This document shows, piece by piece, positions 20,323 to 30,524 of a stretch of DNA of 64,000 nucleotides. How positions within the stretch are numbered: position 1 is the stretch's first letter; the number at the start of each line of letters is the position of its first letter. The notes beneath the pieces were generated by a model, which had not been told where the DNA came from, did not search any database, and saw only the letters and a list, made by a program, of their open reading frames with translations. Source of the stretch: Candidatus Latescibacterota bacterium (lineage in GTDB: Bacteria > Latescibacterota > UBA2968); assembly GCA_965116885.1 (NCBI GenBank), contig OZ220741.1:1696001-1760000 (forward strand), read 5' to 3'. Position numbers and translations under genes: made by a program.

Positions 20323-21112
20323 GAGCACCTCCTTGTTTTAGCGTGTCTAAAAATCGACCGTATCCTTCGTTGCCCAACCAGTACTTGAGCATACTGTCTA
20401 ATCCCCGTGTGGTGATGGTCGCTCCCGATAGACCATCGACCTGGTATTTTGCTTTTTCACTTTTGGGATTTACCTGGCCTTTGATTACGGAAATTGCGAC
20501 ATTGCCAGCATCGTCATAAGCCTGTTTGCCGGGCCACAAGCCCTTCCATCTGGCGTTATCGACCTCGCCACCCAGTCCCGGGGTTTCGCCGTGTTCGTAA
20601 AATGTGATGCCCTGAATGCTTTGCAGGTCATTGCCCAGAGAGACAAAGCCGTAGAGTGTGGACCAGAGACCATAGCCGTAAATGGGCAAGATAATGCGCT
20701 GCAATTTGTCGTTTTCCATCACTTTATAAACGAAGATGTATTTCGGACGGTTGCGAATATTTGCTATGTCTCTATCCGCATCAACAGAACGCCCAAAAGT
20801 GGGGTCGGCGGCCATTTTCTTTAAGTCATACGTATCTACGTCGATACCATCGGGATATTCTTCGTTGTTCAAGATCTGCCCCGTGTCCAGTTCAATAAGC
20901 AGTGGTACGACTTTATTTTCGTAAACGGACTGGACATCGACCGAGGGATCGTATAGCCCACCCGCAATCAGGATATTTTTTACTTTGTCGAGGCGTTTGT
21001 TTTCTTTTTGGATATCGTGTAAGGATACCGCAAATAGTGAGACAAAAAGAGAACAGACCAGACAAAGGGCCACCGCAACAAAGATCGTTTTTTGGATGCT
21101 GTCATTCTGCAC
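20315..21112 (-). CDS. nqrC: Na+-NQR subunit C
   Basis: [24 protein letters not shown] (FMN-Thr motif); GTG start. Confidence 0.96.
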   Translation of the reverse strand: MQNDSIQKTIFVAVALCLVCSLFVSLFAVSLHDIQKENKRLDKVKNILIAGGLYDPSVDVQSVYENKVVPLLIELDTGQILNNEEYPDGIDVDTYDLKKMAADPTFGRSVDADRDIANIRNRPKYIFVYKVMENDKLQRIILPIYGYGLWSTLYGFVSLGNDLQSIQGITFYEHGETPGLGGEVDNARWKGLWPGKQAYDDAGNVAISVIKGQVNPKSEKAKYQVDGLSGATITTRGLDSMLKYWLGNEGYGRFLDTLKQGGARG

Positions 21113-22301
21113 GGGCCAGTCTCCTTTGGATATTGCGGTTGATAAAGACGCGGTCAATGATGGGCGCGAATACGTTGGCGAATAATATGGCCAGCATGAT
21201 GCCTTCGGGATAGGCCGGGTTGGTCACGCGGATCAATACTGTCATGACGCCTATCAAAATGCCATAGATCCATTTGCCCTGGCGCGTCATGGCTGCGCTG
21301 ACCGGATCGGTTGCCATGAATACCGTGCCAAATGCAAAGCCGCCGATGACGAAATGCCAGGCTGGAGATACGTTGAGCAGTGGATTGGTGGTGCTGCCGA
21401 TCCAGTTGAAGAATAGTGCAGATACAATCATGCCGATGGTTACACCGGCCATAATTTGCCACGAGCCAACGCGTGTGAGAATTAGAATGCCGGCACCCAG
21501 CAAGCAGCAAAGCGTTGAGGTTTCTCCCATGGATCCCGGAATCAAACCGATAAATGATTCCCACCATGTGTAATCCATCTGGATATGGGTATCGGCATAG
21601 GCCGCGAGTGGGGTTGCCTGACTATATCCATCGACGGCGATCCAGACTGCATCGCCCGAGATTTGCGCGGGATAGGCAAAATAGAGAAATGCGCGGCCCG
21701 TGAGCGCGGGGTTTAAGAAGTTCATTCCCACGCCGCCGAAGATCTCTTTGCCTATTACAACGCCAAAGATGATGCCTATAGCGACCTGCCACAGGGGAAT
21801 CAGGGGCGGCATTGTCAGGGGGAATAGCGTGCTGGTAACGAGAAATCCCTCGTTGATCTCGTGTTTGCGAATGACTGCAAAGATGGCTTCGCATAAGCCG
21901 CCCGCGGCTACGGTTACGAGTTGTACGGGTACAAAGTAAATAGCGCCAATCGCAAGACAACTGAGTACGTCGGAGGGCAGGAAGGACAAGCCCAGTACCT
22001 GGGCGAGCCAGACGTGCCAATCGCCAGTGCCGATTGCGCCGATATTTTGATAGGCCAGGCTGGCTTGCAAACCCGTATTGTACAGGGCAAATAAAATACA
22101 GGGTTGTAGCGAGAGTACGACCGTAATCATCATCCGCTTCAAATCCATGCCGTCGCGCACATGTGCATCGGCCTGGGTAACCTCACCGGGGGTGTAGAGG
22201 AATGTGTCCCCGGCTTCGTAAAACGGATACAGTTTTTCGAGTTTACCGCCTTCTTCAAAGTGCTCTGCCTGTTTGTCCAATAAATCGCGTAGGGGCTTCA
22301 C
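21102..22301 (-). CDS. nqrB: Na+-NQR subunit B
   Basis: [46 protein letters not shown]. Confidence 0.97.
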   Translation of the reverse strand: MKPLRDLLDKQAEHFEEGGKLEKLYPFYEAGDTFLYTPGEVTQADAHVRDGMDLKRMMITVVLSLQPCILFALYNTGLQASLAYQNIGAIGTGDWHVWLAQVLGLSFLPSDVLSCLAIGAIYFVPVQLVTVAAGGLCEAIFAVIRKHEINEGFLVTSTLFPLTMPPLIPLWQVAIGIIFGVVIGKEIFGGVGMNFLNPALTGRAFLYFAYPAQISGDAVWIAVDGYSQATPLAAYADTHIQMDYTWWESFIGLIPGSMGETSTLCCLLGAGILILTRVGSWQIMAGVTIGMIVSALFFNWIGSTTNPLLNVSPAWHFVIGGFAFGTVFMATDPVSAAMTRQGKWIYGILIGVMTVLIRVTNPAYPEGIMLAILFANVFAPIIDRVFINRNIQRRLARAE

Positions 22302-22309
22302 TATCCTTA

Positions 22310-23662
22310 CTATCCTTCCTTTTCAATTTCGGTGAGATTTTCGCGCAAGATAGGCCCAAAATCCATTTTTGACGAACACGAAAATGTGCATAGTGATAGG
22401 TCTTCTTCATCCAATTCCAGAATACCGAGTTTTTCAGCGTCGTCGAGGTCTCGGGTGACGAGTGCCCGAATCAAAAAGTTGGGCAATATGTCCAGCGGCA
22501 TGACGTCGTCGTAATTGCCATGCGGCACGAGTGCGCGATGGCTGCCATTTGTGGAGGTGTTCAATTTGAGGCGTTGGCCGAAGAACATTTTGGACAGTGC
22601 CAGATTTTTGATGGTGAAAAATTCGAATCCCGGCGTGATCCAGCCCAAAAAGGCGCGTTTGTTGCCTTCTTCAAGTGCGGTGATCTGCTGGTGATACCGC
22701 CCCAGGAAGGCGCGTGTTTCGTCTGCTTTGCGCCCGGAGAGGACAGAGCCGCTGATGACCCGGTTTTCGACGTTTTCGAGTTCTCCTTCTACCAGGTCCA
22801 TTATTGAAGCTCCCAGACGGGTGCGGATCAATTTGGGGTGTTTTACGGTGGGACCGCTCAGAGCGACCACGCGCTCGGTCATAATCCGCCCGGTTGTGAA
22901 CAGATGTCCCCAGGCTATGACATCCTGAAGCCCGATGTGCCAGACTGTTTTGTTGCGGTGAACGGGATCTAAGAAGTGGATGTGCGTGCCGACCAATCCG
23001 GCGGGGTGCGGTCCGGTAAATTCTTCGACCTGTATGCGGTCATCATCGATTTCAGGCAGGTCCAATTCGGGGTCTCTACATACAAAAACCGTCCCATCCA
23101 CGAGTTTTGAGACGATTTTCAAGCCCAATGCGAAATTTCTTTCCTGTCCGGCTAATACACGCGCCATGTCCGGAGATAGTGGGTTGGTGTCCATCGCATT
23201 GACAAAAATGGATCGCGCCTCTGTCGCGGGGTCGGCTACTTTGCTAAATGGCCGCGCTCTCAGGGCGGTCCACTGTCCGGATGAGATGAGTTGTTCTTTG
23301 ACTGTTTCCCGGTCGAGATTGTCAATTTCGTCTTCTCGATGGGATTCAAAGGTGACTTCATCGTTGCCTTCCAGGCGGATGACCGTTGATAAGAAGGCGC
23401 GTTTTATTCCCCGGTTTATGGCGATTACCTCGCCTGCGCCGGGTGAGGTGTAAAGAACACCTTCCATTTTTTTGTCGGTGAACAATACATCGCCGAGTTT
23501 GACGCGGTCTCCCACTTGAGCCACGATTGTGGGACGCATGCCCACATAATCTTCACCTGAGAGTGCCACAGTTTGGACTGGTTTGCCATTTTGTACTGTG
23601 GATTGATCGGGGACGCCGCTAATGGGAAGGTCGAGTCCTTGTTTAATTTTTGTCAATGCCAT
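22310..23662 (-). CDS. nqrA: Na+-NQR subunit A
   Basis: [43 protein letters not shown]-terminal IEKEG; start moved to MALTK. Confidence 0.97.
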   Translation of the reverse strand: MALTKIKQGLDLPISGVPDQSTVQNGKPVQTVALSGEDYVGMRPTIVAQVGDRVKLGDVLFTDKKMEGVLYTSPGAGEVIAINRGIKRAFLSTVIRLEGNDEVTFESHREDEIDNLDRETVKEQLISSGQWTALRARPFSKVADPATEARSIFVNAMDTNPLSPDMARVLAGQERNFALGLKIVSKLVDGTVFVCRDPELDLPEIDDDRIQVEEFTGPHPAGLVGTHIHFLDPVHRNKTVWHIGLQDVIAWGHLFTTGRIMTERVVALSGPTVKHPKLIRTRLGASIMDLVEGELENVENRVISGSVLSGRKADETRAFLGRYHQQITALEEGNKRAFLGWITPGFEFFTIKNLALSKMFFGQRLKLNTSTNGSHRALVPHGNYDDVMPLDILPNFLIRALVTRDLDDAEKLGILELDEEDLSLCTFSCSSKMDFGPILRENLTEIEKEG

Positions 23663-23685
23663 TATGGTCCTCAATTTTTTCCAAT

Positions 23686-23890
23686 AAAAAAAGCAACCAC
23701 AATTGTCAAATGGCCTTAATAAACAAGGGGGAGACAGACAGTGCAGTTGCTGTTTTGCAGGTGCTATGAACACCTACAGGCATTGGAAACAAATCCATCG
23801 TAATCCAGATAAAGAACAGGTGTGTTATTCAAAAATGCAATAGTTTTCTTGTTTCGAGATAAATTTATTATAAGCGTTTTTAATTGTCAA
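23686..23890 (-). promoter_or_regulatory. nqr operon promoter and structured leader with terminator-like hairpin
   Basis: TTGACA-N17-TAAATT (23890-23862); hairpins at 23778-23756 and 23751-23692 followed by a U-tract. Confidence 0.55.
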
Positions 23891-24126
23891 GCAAAAGGCG
23901 TTGTGTCAAGAAAAATAAATTATGTGAGGATTTTCATGGTATAGGAAGGGAACCCGTATGTCCCCCAATCCGTTATAAAGTTCAATAGAAGATTTGCACT
24001 TGTGCAAACGGGCTAAATAGGGTATGTATGAACCAATGCCATCGAAATCCATAACTCGGAGAGGTCGGTCTTGGCTAACGATGAAAGGTCGATTTCTCGA
24101 AAACTCAAAAAAGGAACGGATTTGAC

Positions 24127-26478
24127 ATGAGATATTTGATACTGAATTTGTGGATTATTTTGTTCCTATCATCCGCGGGATGGGCAACTTCCGAGGTTGT
24201 GGATTCGCTGTCTGTTCTGGAAGAAGCTGTGAAAGTTGCGCCCAAAGATGGCGATGCATGGGTTGTGCTGGGTAATTTGTATCTCAATGCGGGGGAGATC
24301 GAGAAGGCCGATAGTGCGTTTCGCAAGGGCATTCGGTATGCCGGGTCGGCAGAGGCTTATGTGGGGTTGGGGCGGGTGTTTATGGCGAGGGGACCAACGC
24401 GGGCGCGACAGGGATTGCCGTATTTTCGGATGGCGCGGGCAAAGGATCCGAAGTTGATAGATGCCGAGTTGTATCTGGCGCGGGCAAAGGTGATGCTGCG
24501 CGATCTGGATGCTGAGGATGCGTTTCGCCGCGTGATTGCAATGGCGCCGGATTACGCGCCGGTGTATTTGGAATTGGCGGATTGGTATGTCAATAACAAT
24601 TTTGAAATGTATTACGGCGAGATTCGCCTGCTGTACGAAAAGTATCTGAGGCTGAGGCCGGGTGATGTCCATGCGCTTTACGGATTGGCGGTGTCTTATA
24701 CGGAGGAGCAGAATTACCGGTCTGTCGTTGGGATTGGTGAGATGGCGTTGATGAAGAATCCGGGCGAAGCGCGATTGTTGGCATTGCTTGCACAAGCGTA
24801 TGCGGGTATGGGCGATCCGGATCGGGCATTGGCGTTGTTCGCGCAGTACTTCGATGCGATTCCAGCCGAAGAACGGGCGATCTACAAAGATTTGCAGTTG
24901 GTGGCAAGGCCGGAGGAGTTGAAGGTGTATGAGTCGCTGCCCGAAGAAGAACGCGCAGCGTTTTTGACGACGTTTTGGCGCAAACGCGATTTGACTTTGA
25001 TATCGGGTGGTCTTGCGCGCGAGGCAGAACACTATCGCCGGGTGTGGTTCGCGCGGACGCATTTTGCGAAGGGTGTGCAGCCGTGGGACAGGCGCGGCGA
25101 GGTGTATATTCGGTATGGGGAGCCGGATTATCGGTCGCGGTCGCACGCGCCCAATGCAGTGCCGAGTGCCGAGGCTGAGGTGGTGAAGGAGAGGCTGGCT
25201 CTGGATATTGAGGGCGATTTTGTGGCGTCGGGCGAAATGACTGCGGAGTCGTTTTTTGGCGGTGTGGATGATGATGAACAGGCGGTGGAGGATTACGAGG
25301 GTGTCAATCTCATTGAACCGGCTTATCCCGTGTCGTTTAACGGACGGTCTATGCCGTGGGAGTCGTGGATTTACACGCAGGTTGGCGGTGGTGTAGAATT
25401 TGTGTTTGTGGATGAGTTGCTCAATGGCAAGTGGCAGTTTCCCCCGTTGCCAGATGGGACGCGCATGTCGGGTGAGCGGTTGTCCGCGCTTTTGCGAACC
25501 CATCCGGGCGCAGTGTTGAACGATGTGGTGGCTTCCACGCCGGAGTATTTTGATTTGCCGCCGGGGATTGAACCGCTGGAATTTTATTACGATGTGGCGC
25601 GTTTTAGAGGAGAAGAGGGCAAGACCGGGGTCGAGGTGTATTACGGGGTGCCGACGCTGGAGGTGGATATTGAAAATGAGAGTGGGCATGTGCGCCGTTC
25701 GGTGGTGATTTCAGACGATGAGGGTGAGGAGGTGTTTCGGACTCGGGATGATTTGCATTTTGGGGGTATTGATTCCACGCTGTTGAAGAAGGGGACATTT
25801 GTGCCCGATCTGGCTTATCTGGAAGTGCCATCTGGGACCTATCGCCTGGCGGTGCATTTGGCCGATGTAAATTCGGGTAAGTGGGGGGTTTATGTGCAGG
25901 ATTTGGAAGCCCCGACATTTTCCGATTCACTGGCGATGAGCGATCTGGAGTTGGCGTGGTCCATTGGTGAGGGAGAGGCGTATCACGATAAATACCGCAA
26001 GGGCGATGTGTGGGTGATGCCGATGCCGTCGCGCAGTTTTGTGAATGATCGCAGTGTGTTTGTCTATTATGAGGTCTATAATTTAAAACGCGATGAATTT
26101 GGGCAGACGCGATACAAAGTGTCCTATACGATTCAGCAGGATGTGCGGTCGGGTTCTTCGATTTTTGGGCTGTTGAGTGGGGGGTTCAAAAGATTGATGG
26201 CGAGGGGTAAAAAACCACAGGTGGCGGTGAGTTATGAGCATGTGGGGCGAGATGTTTGGGAGCCAATTCATCTGGAGCTGGATTCAAAAAAAATGATCTT
26301 GGGCCTCAATCAGGTTGAGGTTGAAGTGACGGATTTGTCGAGTGGTCAATCCGTGAAGCGCGAGGCTATTTTCAGGTTGGAACCAGCGCCGCAGGTGGCT
26401 GAGAGACAACGGGGGATTCAGGGCGATGATGCGCGACAGGGCAGGCGCGGGAGGCGGGGTGGTGAACGACGGCGGTAG
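24127..26478 (+). CDS. Secreted TPR + GWxTD-domain protein
   Basis: Signal peptide, multiple TPRs, FW..RD...EHYRR...PWDRRGEVYIRYGEPD, WESWIY...EFVFVD. Confidence 0.85.
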   Translation: MRYLILNLWIILFLSSAGWATSEVVDSLSVLEEAVKVAPKDGDAWVVLGNLYLNAGEIEKADSAFRKGIRYAGSAEAYVGLGRVFMARGPTRARQGLPYFRMARAKDPKLIDAELYLARAKVMLRDLDAEDAFRRVIAMAPDYAPVYLELADWYVNNNFEMYYGEIRLLYEKYLRLRPGDVHALYGLAVSYTEEQNYRSVVGIGEMALMKNPGEARLLALLAQAYAGMGDPDRALALFAQYFDAIPAEERAIYKDLQLVARPEELKVYESLPEEERAAFLTTFWRKRDLTLISGGLAREAEHYRRVWFARTHFAKGVQPWDRRGEVYIRYGEPDYRSRSHAPNAVPSAEAEVVKERLALDIEGDFVASGEMTAESFFGGVDDDEQAVEDYEGVNLIEPAYPVSFNGRSMPWESWIYTQVGGGVEFVFVDELLNGKWQFPPLPDGTRMSGERLSALLRTHPGAVLNDVVASTPEYFDLPPGIEPLEFYYDVARFRGEEGKTGVEVYYGVPTLEVDIENESGHVRRSVVISDDEGEEVFRTRDDLHFGGIDSTLLKKGTFVPDLAYLEVPSGTYRLAVHLADVNSGKWGVYVQDLEAPTFSDSLAMSDLELAWSIGEGEAYHDKYRKGDVWVMPMPSRSFVNDRSVFVYYEVYNLKRDEFGQTRYKVSYTIQQDVRSGSSIFGLLSGGFKRLMARGKKPQVAVSYEHVGRDVWEPIHLELDSKKMILGLNQVEVEVTDLSSGQSVKREAIFRLEPAPQVAERQRGIQGDDARQGRRGRRGGERRR

Positions 26479-26504
26479 AGGTGAATTTTCAGGGAAAAAC
26501 GAGA

Positions 26505-26533
26505 GGCGGTCACGTACTGTGACCGCTTTTTTT
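26505..26533 (+). terminator. Intrinsic terminator
   Basis: GCGGTCAC-GTACT-GTGACCGC followed by a T-run. Confidence 0.75.
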
Positions 26534-27773
26534 ATGCGATAGGTGGTGTCCATCCCAGATCGCCAAATCGTCGGGAGGTGAGCGCGCGAATTTCACGGGC
26601 GCGGGCGAGGGTTTCGTCGCGTTCTTCCCGAAGGGATTCGGGACGATAGACTTTGCCAGCCCGGATGGTGAGTACGGGATGGATGTTTTTGCGCCCGATT
26701 TCCAAATTGTCTCTGACGTCGTGAAATCGGAATTCGCCTTCGCGGATTTCAAAAGCCGACAGGTCTGCGACGGTGCCGATTTTGAGGGTGCCCAGATGGT
26801 CGCTTCTGCCAATGGCGGCGGCAGCAGCGGTGGTGGTTTGGCGGATGATGTCGGGGAGTTCGATACCCAGATTGAGCAGTTTGGAGGCAGTTTCTGGGAG
26901 GCTATAAACGGGATCGTTGATTGAACCGGAGTGGATATCGGTGCTGATGACGTCGGGGAGAAAGTCCTGGGCGAGGGCTTTTTTGGCGGTTTCAAAAAGG
27001 AAACTGCCGCCGCCATGGCCGACGTCGAAGAGAATTCCCTGCTGGCGGGCATGGTGGACTTCGGGACGGATGATGTGCTGGCGGTTTAAAATGGTGTCGC
27101 CAATGGTGGCGTCTCCATTTCCGCGATAGCAGTGGGTGACGATGTCGCCCGGGCGCAGTTCGGCCAGGATGTCGGAGAGGGCGACGCCTGCACCCATGTG
27201 AACCATGACGGGTGTGTGGGCCATGTCAGCGGCCTGAACGGCCAACTGTAAGGGGACGATACCGTTTTCTCCGGTGATGGTTTTGCTGATGCGTACTTTG
27301 ACGCCTACGCAGGTTTCGGGATAGGTGTGGACGACGTAGGCGGTGCGTTCTGGATCGGCATATTTGATGTCGGTCATTTCTCCAATGGGGCCGTAGGTAA
27401 GACCGATGCCGCTGATGTGGATAAAGGTGAGAATCTGGGTGCGAGCAGGGGTGGCGATGAAGTCGCGGAAGGCGAGGAAATTGGCCCAGCCGGGACTGCC
27501 AGCGTCAACGATGGTGGTGACGCCGGTGGCGAGACAGAGGGCATCGGCTTGAATGCCCCAGGTGGTCGCGCCGGCAAAGACGTGGGCATGGATATCGATC
27601 CAGCCAGGGGTGAGGATTTTGCCAGTAAGGTCCAGGGTTTCTCTGGCGGAATCGGTGATGGATTCGGAGAGGGCGGCAATGGTGGCGTTTTGGATGGCGA
27701 CATCGCAGATGGCGTTGAGGTTTTGAGAGGGATCAATGACTGTGGCGTTTTTTAAGAGGAGGTCGTAGGGCAT
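26532..27773 (-). CDS. Metal-dependent amidohydrolase (dihydroorotase-like/deacetylase family)
   Basis: PGWIDIHAH, GVTTIVDAGS, GVKVR, MVH, THC, DVGHGGGSF, ISTDIH; start moved to MPYDLLL. Confidence 0.88.
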   Translation of the reverse strand: MPYDLLLKNATVIDPSQNLNAICDVAIQNATIAALSESITDSARETLDLTGKILTPGWIDIHAHVFAGATTWGIQADALCLATGVTTIVDAGSPGWANFLAFRDFIATPARTQILTFIHISGIGLTYGPIGEMTDIKYADPERTAYVVHTYPETCVGVKVRISKTITGENGIVPLQLAVQAADMAHTPVMVHMGAGVALSDILAELRPGDIVTHCYRGNGDATIGDTILNRQHIIRPEVHHARQQGILFDVGHGGGSFLFETAKKALAQDFLPDVISTDIHSGSINDPVYSLPETASKLLNLGIELPDIIRQTTTAAAAAIGRSDHLGTLKIGTVADLSAFEIREGEFRFHDVRDNLEIGRKNIHPVLTIRAGKVYRPESLREERDETLARAREIRALTSRRFGDLGWTPPIA

Positions 27774-27805
27774 TGGGAGTCTCCTTTTTGTTGTGTTTAT
27801 CCCCG

Positions 27806-27833
27806 GTAGGTGCGGTGCCCCTGTGCCCGCGCT
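27806..27833 (+). repeat. Degenerate GTAG-type REP palindrome
   Basis: GTAGGTGCGGTGCCCCTGTGCCCGCGCT, variant of the 30479 and 56691 copies. Confidence 0.7.
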
Positions 27834-28767
27834 AAAGTTGTTTTGCCAGCGCGACTGCGCCGAGAAGTACGGAGCGGTTTTTGAGTTTGGCAGGGGCGAT
27901 TTTGAGGTGTGGACGGTGAATTGGCATGAGGAATCGACGGGTTTCTCTTCCCAGCGGTTCAAAGAGGATGCGCCCTGCGTTTGAGACGCCGCCTCCAATG
28001 ACGATGATATCGGGAGCGAATGCATTTACGGCCATTGCCAGACCCTGTCCGAGGTCGGTGCAGATTTCATCGACGAGCGCTCTGGCATAAGGGTCGCCAG
28101 AACGCGCGGTGTCAAATAGGGTTTTGGCTGTGATGGGGTTGTTGTTTGCGGTTCGTGTGATTGCGATACTTTTGCGCGGATGTTTTTTTATTGCTGTTTT
28201 TGCGCGTCTGGCAATGGCAGTGCCCGAGCACAGGGCTTCGAGGCAGCCCCGGTTGCCGCAGTCGCATTGGGGTCCGTCGCGCAAGATGGGCACATGTCCG
28301 AGTTCGCCGGCATATCCGTTGCCGCCGCGGTAGATTTCGCCGTTGATGATGATGCCCGCGCCAATGCCGGTGCTGATCGTATAGTAGATGATGTGGCGAC
28401 TGTTTTGGCCCGCGCCAAAAGTAAATTCTCCCAGTGCGCCCACGTTGGCATCGTTGTCGATTATTGCGGGTACGCCGAGGTGTTGTTCGACAATTTCCGG
28501 CAGTGGGCAATCGTCCCATCCTGAGACGTGGGTGGAGTTGACGATGCGCTGTGTGTCGAAGTTGACGGGACCGCCAAATCCTATGCCACAGGCCGATACG
28601 GATGATTGTGAGATCAGTGTTTTGCTTGCGGCGAGTATGCGGTCAATTCTTTTGTCGGCGTGGTCTGCGCGATCTGTTTGGTGCTGGATGTGTTTGATGA
28701 TGCGGCCGTCGGGCGTGGCGAGAGCCAGGCCAAATTGGGAACCGCCGATGTCAATGGCGAGGATCAT
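27832..28767 (-). CDS. ROK-family sugar kinase (glucokinase-like)
   Basis: IDIGG, DNDANVGALGE, STGIGAG, GELGH, CDCGNRGCLE; ATGA overlap with the MFS stop. Confidence 0.92.
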   Translation of the reverse strand: MILAIDIGGSQFGLALATPDGRIIKHIQHQTDRADHADKRIDRILAASKTLISQSSVSACGIGFGGPVNFDTQRIVNSTHVSGWDDCPLPEIVEQHLGVPAIIDNDANVGALGEFTFGAGQNSRHIIYYTISTGIGAGIIINGEIYRGGNGYAGELGHVPILRDGPQCDCGNRGCLEALCSGTAIARRAKTAIKKHPRKSIAITRTANNNPITAKTLFDTARSGDPYARALVDEICTDLGQGLAMAVNAFAPDIIVIGGGVSNAGRILFEPLGRETRRFLMPIHRPHLKIAPAKLKNRSVLLGAVALAKQL

Positions 28768-29999
28768 GGTGTGGCTCCAGATGGCAATAGCGTGCGGCGC
28801 ACGAGCAGGGCAATGACGCCTGAGATGGCAATGGCTGTGACCATGGAGATGGATGAGGCGCTGTAGAACTGGCTGAAGAGGGTGACAAATAATCCCGCCG
28901 TGCTCATTTGTACAAATCCCATGAGGGCGGAGGCAAGTCCGGCTTTTTCCGGATAGGGTACGATTGCGCCAGCCATTGCCTGAGGGCGCACCATACCGCC
29001 GCCTATTGTGAATAAACACATTGGGGCGATGATGCTGATGACAGAAAATACGCCCGCGAGTTTGAGTCCCAGCAGGAGCAGGCCCGCGCTCGCTGCGATC
29101 AGGCTGCCAATTTGAATGATGCGTGCGCTGCCGAGGCGGTTGTTGAGACGGCCAGATAAAAATGCGCCGATCATGAGTCCCGCGGCGACCGATCCAAAAC
29201 AGAGGCCGTAGAGTTGGGGAGAGACACCCAACTCGGTGATGAGTACAAAAGACGAGTTTGTGATAAAGGCAAACATGCCCCAGAATAAGATGGCGACCAT
29301 AAAGGTATATCCGAGGTACTGGCGGCTGGACAAGAGGTCGCGGTAATTGGCTGTCATGTGCGTTGGATTCATGGCTGTGGGGTCGATCATGTTATTGGTT
29401 TCAGGCACTGCCCAGAGGTAGCCGAAGAAGAACAGGCCGCCCAGCGCGCTGAGTACGACAAAGACGGAATGCCATCCAAAATGGGCTTGCAAAAAACCGC
29501 CTATCACGGGGGCGAGTATGGGGGCGAGGGCAATGGCTGTGGCCATGTAGGACATTATTCTGGCGGCGTGGATTTCGCCGTATATGTCGCGTACTACAGC
29601 GCGGCTTACAGAAGGGCCACTGCCTCCGGCAAATCCCTGCAATACGCGAGCCAGGATGAGTGCGCCCACTGTGGGTGCAAATAGGCAGCCCAGGCCCGCG
29701 AGGGCGTAACAGGCAAGGCCGATGAGCAAAATGGGGCGCCGGCCAAATCGGTCAGAGAGTGGGCCAAAGACGAGTTGTGCTGCACCCAGTGCTATTAAGA
29801 AGAAGGTGACGGCGGGCTGGATGTGGGTGGGATGGGTTTGAAACTCCTCAACCATTGCGGGCATTGAGGGCAAAAACATGTCAATGGATAAGGGGGGCAG
29901 GCCAGACAGGCCAGTTAGCAAGATGGGAATGAGGATGCGAGAGGTGGAAGATTGTTGTTCTGCGCTCAAATTATGCCCTTTTATGAGTAGGAGAGGCAT
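28764..29999 (-). CDS. Bcr/CflA-family MFS efflux transporter
   Basis: SIDMFLPSMP, GPLSDRFGRRP, RAVVRD, APILAPVIGG; about 12 TM helices. Confidence 0.92.
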   Translation of the reverse strand: MPLLLIKGHNLSAEQQSSTSRILIPILLTGLSGLPPLSIDMFLPSMPAMVEEFQTHPTHIQPAVTFFLIALGAAQLVFGPLSDRFGRRPILLIGLACYALAGLGCLFAPTVGALILARVLQGFAGGSGPSVSRAVVRDIYGEIHAARIMSYMATAIALAPILAPVIGGFLQAHFGWHSVFVVLSALGGLFFFGYLWAVPETNNMIDPTAMNPTHMTANYRDLLSSRQYLGYTFMVAILFWGMFAFITNSSFVLITELGVSPQLYGLCFGSVAAGLMIGAFLSGRLNNRLGSARIIQIGSLIAASAGLLLLGLKLAGVFSVISIIAPMCLFTIGGGMVRPQAMAGAIVPYPEKAGLASALMGFVQMSTAGLFVTLFSQFYSASSISMVTAIAISGVIALLVRRTLLPSGATP

Positions 30000-30029
30000 C
30001 CTTGCCTCGATTTTTTTTGTGAGAGAGGG

Positions 30030-30257
30030 CTAAATCAGAAATATGATAAACCAGATAATGACCAGGGCGACAAAGGGCGAGATGTCCAGCCCACCCATGT
30101 CGGGCAACAGACGGCGAATGGGTACGAGCACCGGATCTGTGATGGCATATATTATTCTGATGAGTGGATTGTATGGATTGGGGTTTATCCATGAGATGAG
30201 TGCTCGCGCAATGATGATGTAGCCGTAAATTGTGAGGAGATTTGCCAGGAAAAACAT
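30030..30257 (-). CDS. yggT: YggT-family membrane protein
   Basis: RALISW.NP.PYNP, TDPVL.PIRR, GLDISP. Confidence 0.92.
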   Translation of the reverse strand: MFFLANLLTIYGYIIIARALISWINPNPYNPLIRIIYAITDPVLVPIRRLLPDMGGLDISPFVALVIIWFIIFLI

Positions 30258-30428
30258 AAGAGGACCTTTCGCAATAGGTTTCAGGGACGATGTGACAAAT
30301 TATCGGTTTGTGCGAGAAAAGCAACGGAAAAGACGGGGCTGATTGGCGGGTGTTTTTTTAGTGCCAGAGGCTTTTTGGACGTTGCACACGTTGGAAAATT
30401 TTGGTATTCTGATGACTACTGATCCCGG

Positions 30429-30505
30429 AGGACGGCACAGGAGCCGTCCTCTACTCGGACACGATCATTGCCTGTAATGTAGGGGCGGTGCCCCCGTGCC
30501 CGCCC
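30429..30505. mobile_element. Composite REPIN-like element (two inverted GTAG REPs plus conserved spacer)
   Basis: Near-identical to the reverse complement of 56691-56762, including spacer CGGACACGATCATTGC. Confidence 0.75.
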
Positions 30506-30524
30506 ACTGACCACCGAGAACTTT

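Noticed and set aside
21605..21632. NqrB flavinylation motif SQAT instead of SGAT as loss of function
   Set aside because: The acceptor Thr and upstream DG are retained; likely tolerated variation.
24169..25689. 506-aa minus-strand ORF and similar long antisense ORFs (37467-38240, 45345-46166, 49895-50722)
   Set aside because: Antisense shadows of well-supported genes, with unnatural His/Arg/Pro-rich composition.
26532..27773. Amidohydrolase as pyrC partner of pyrB
   Set aside because: Motifs fit the deacetylase-type subfamily; it is in an operon with a ROK kinase, 29 kb from pyrB.
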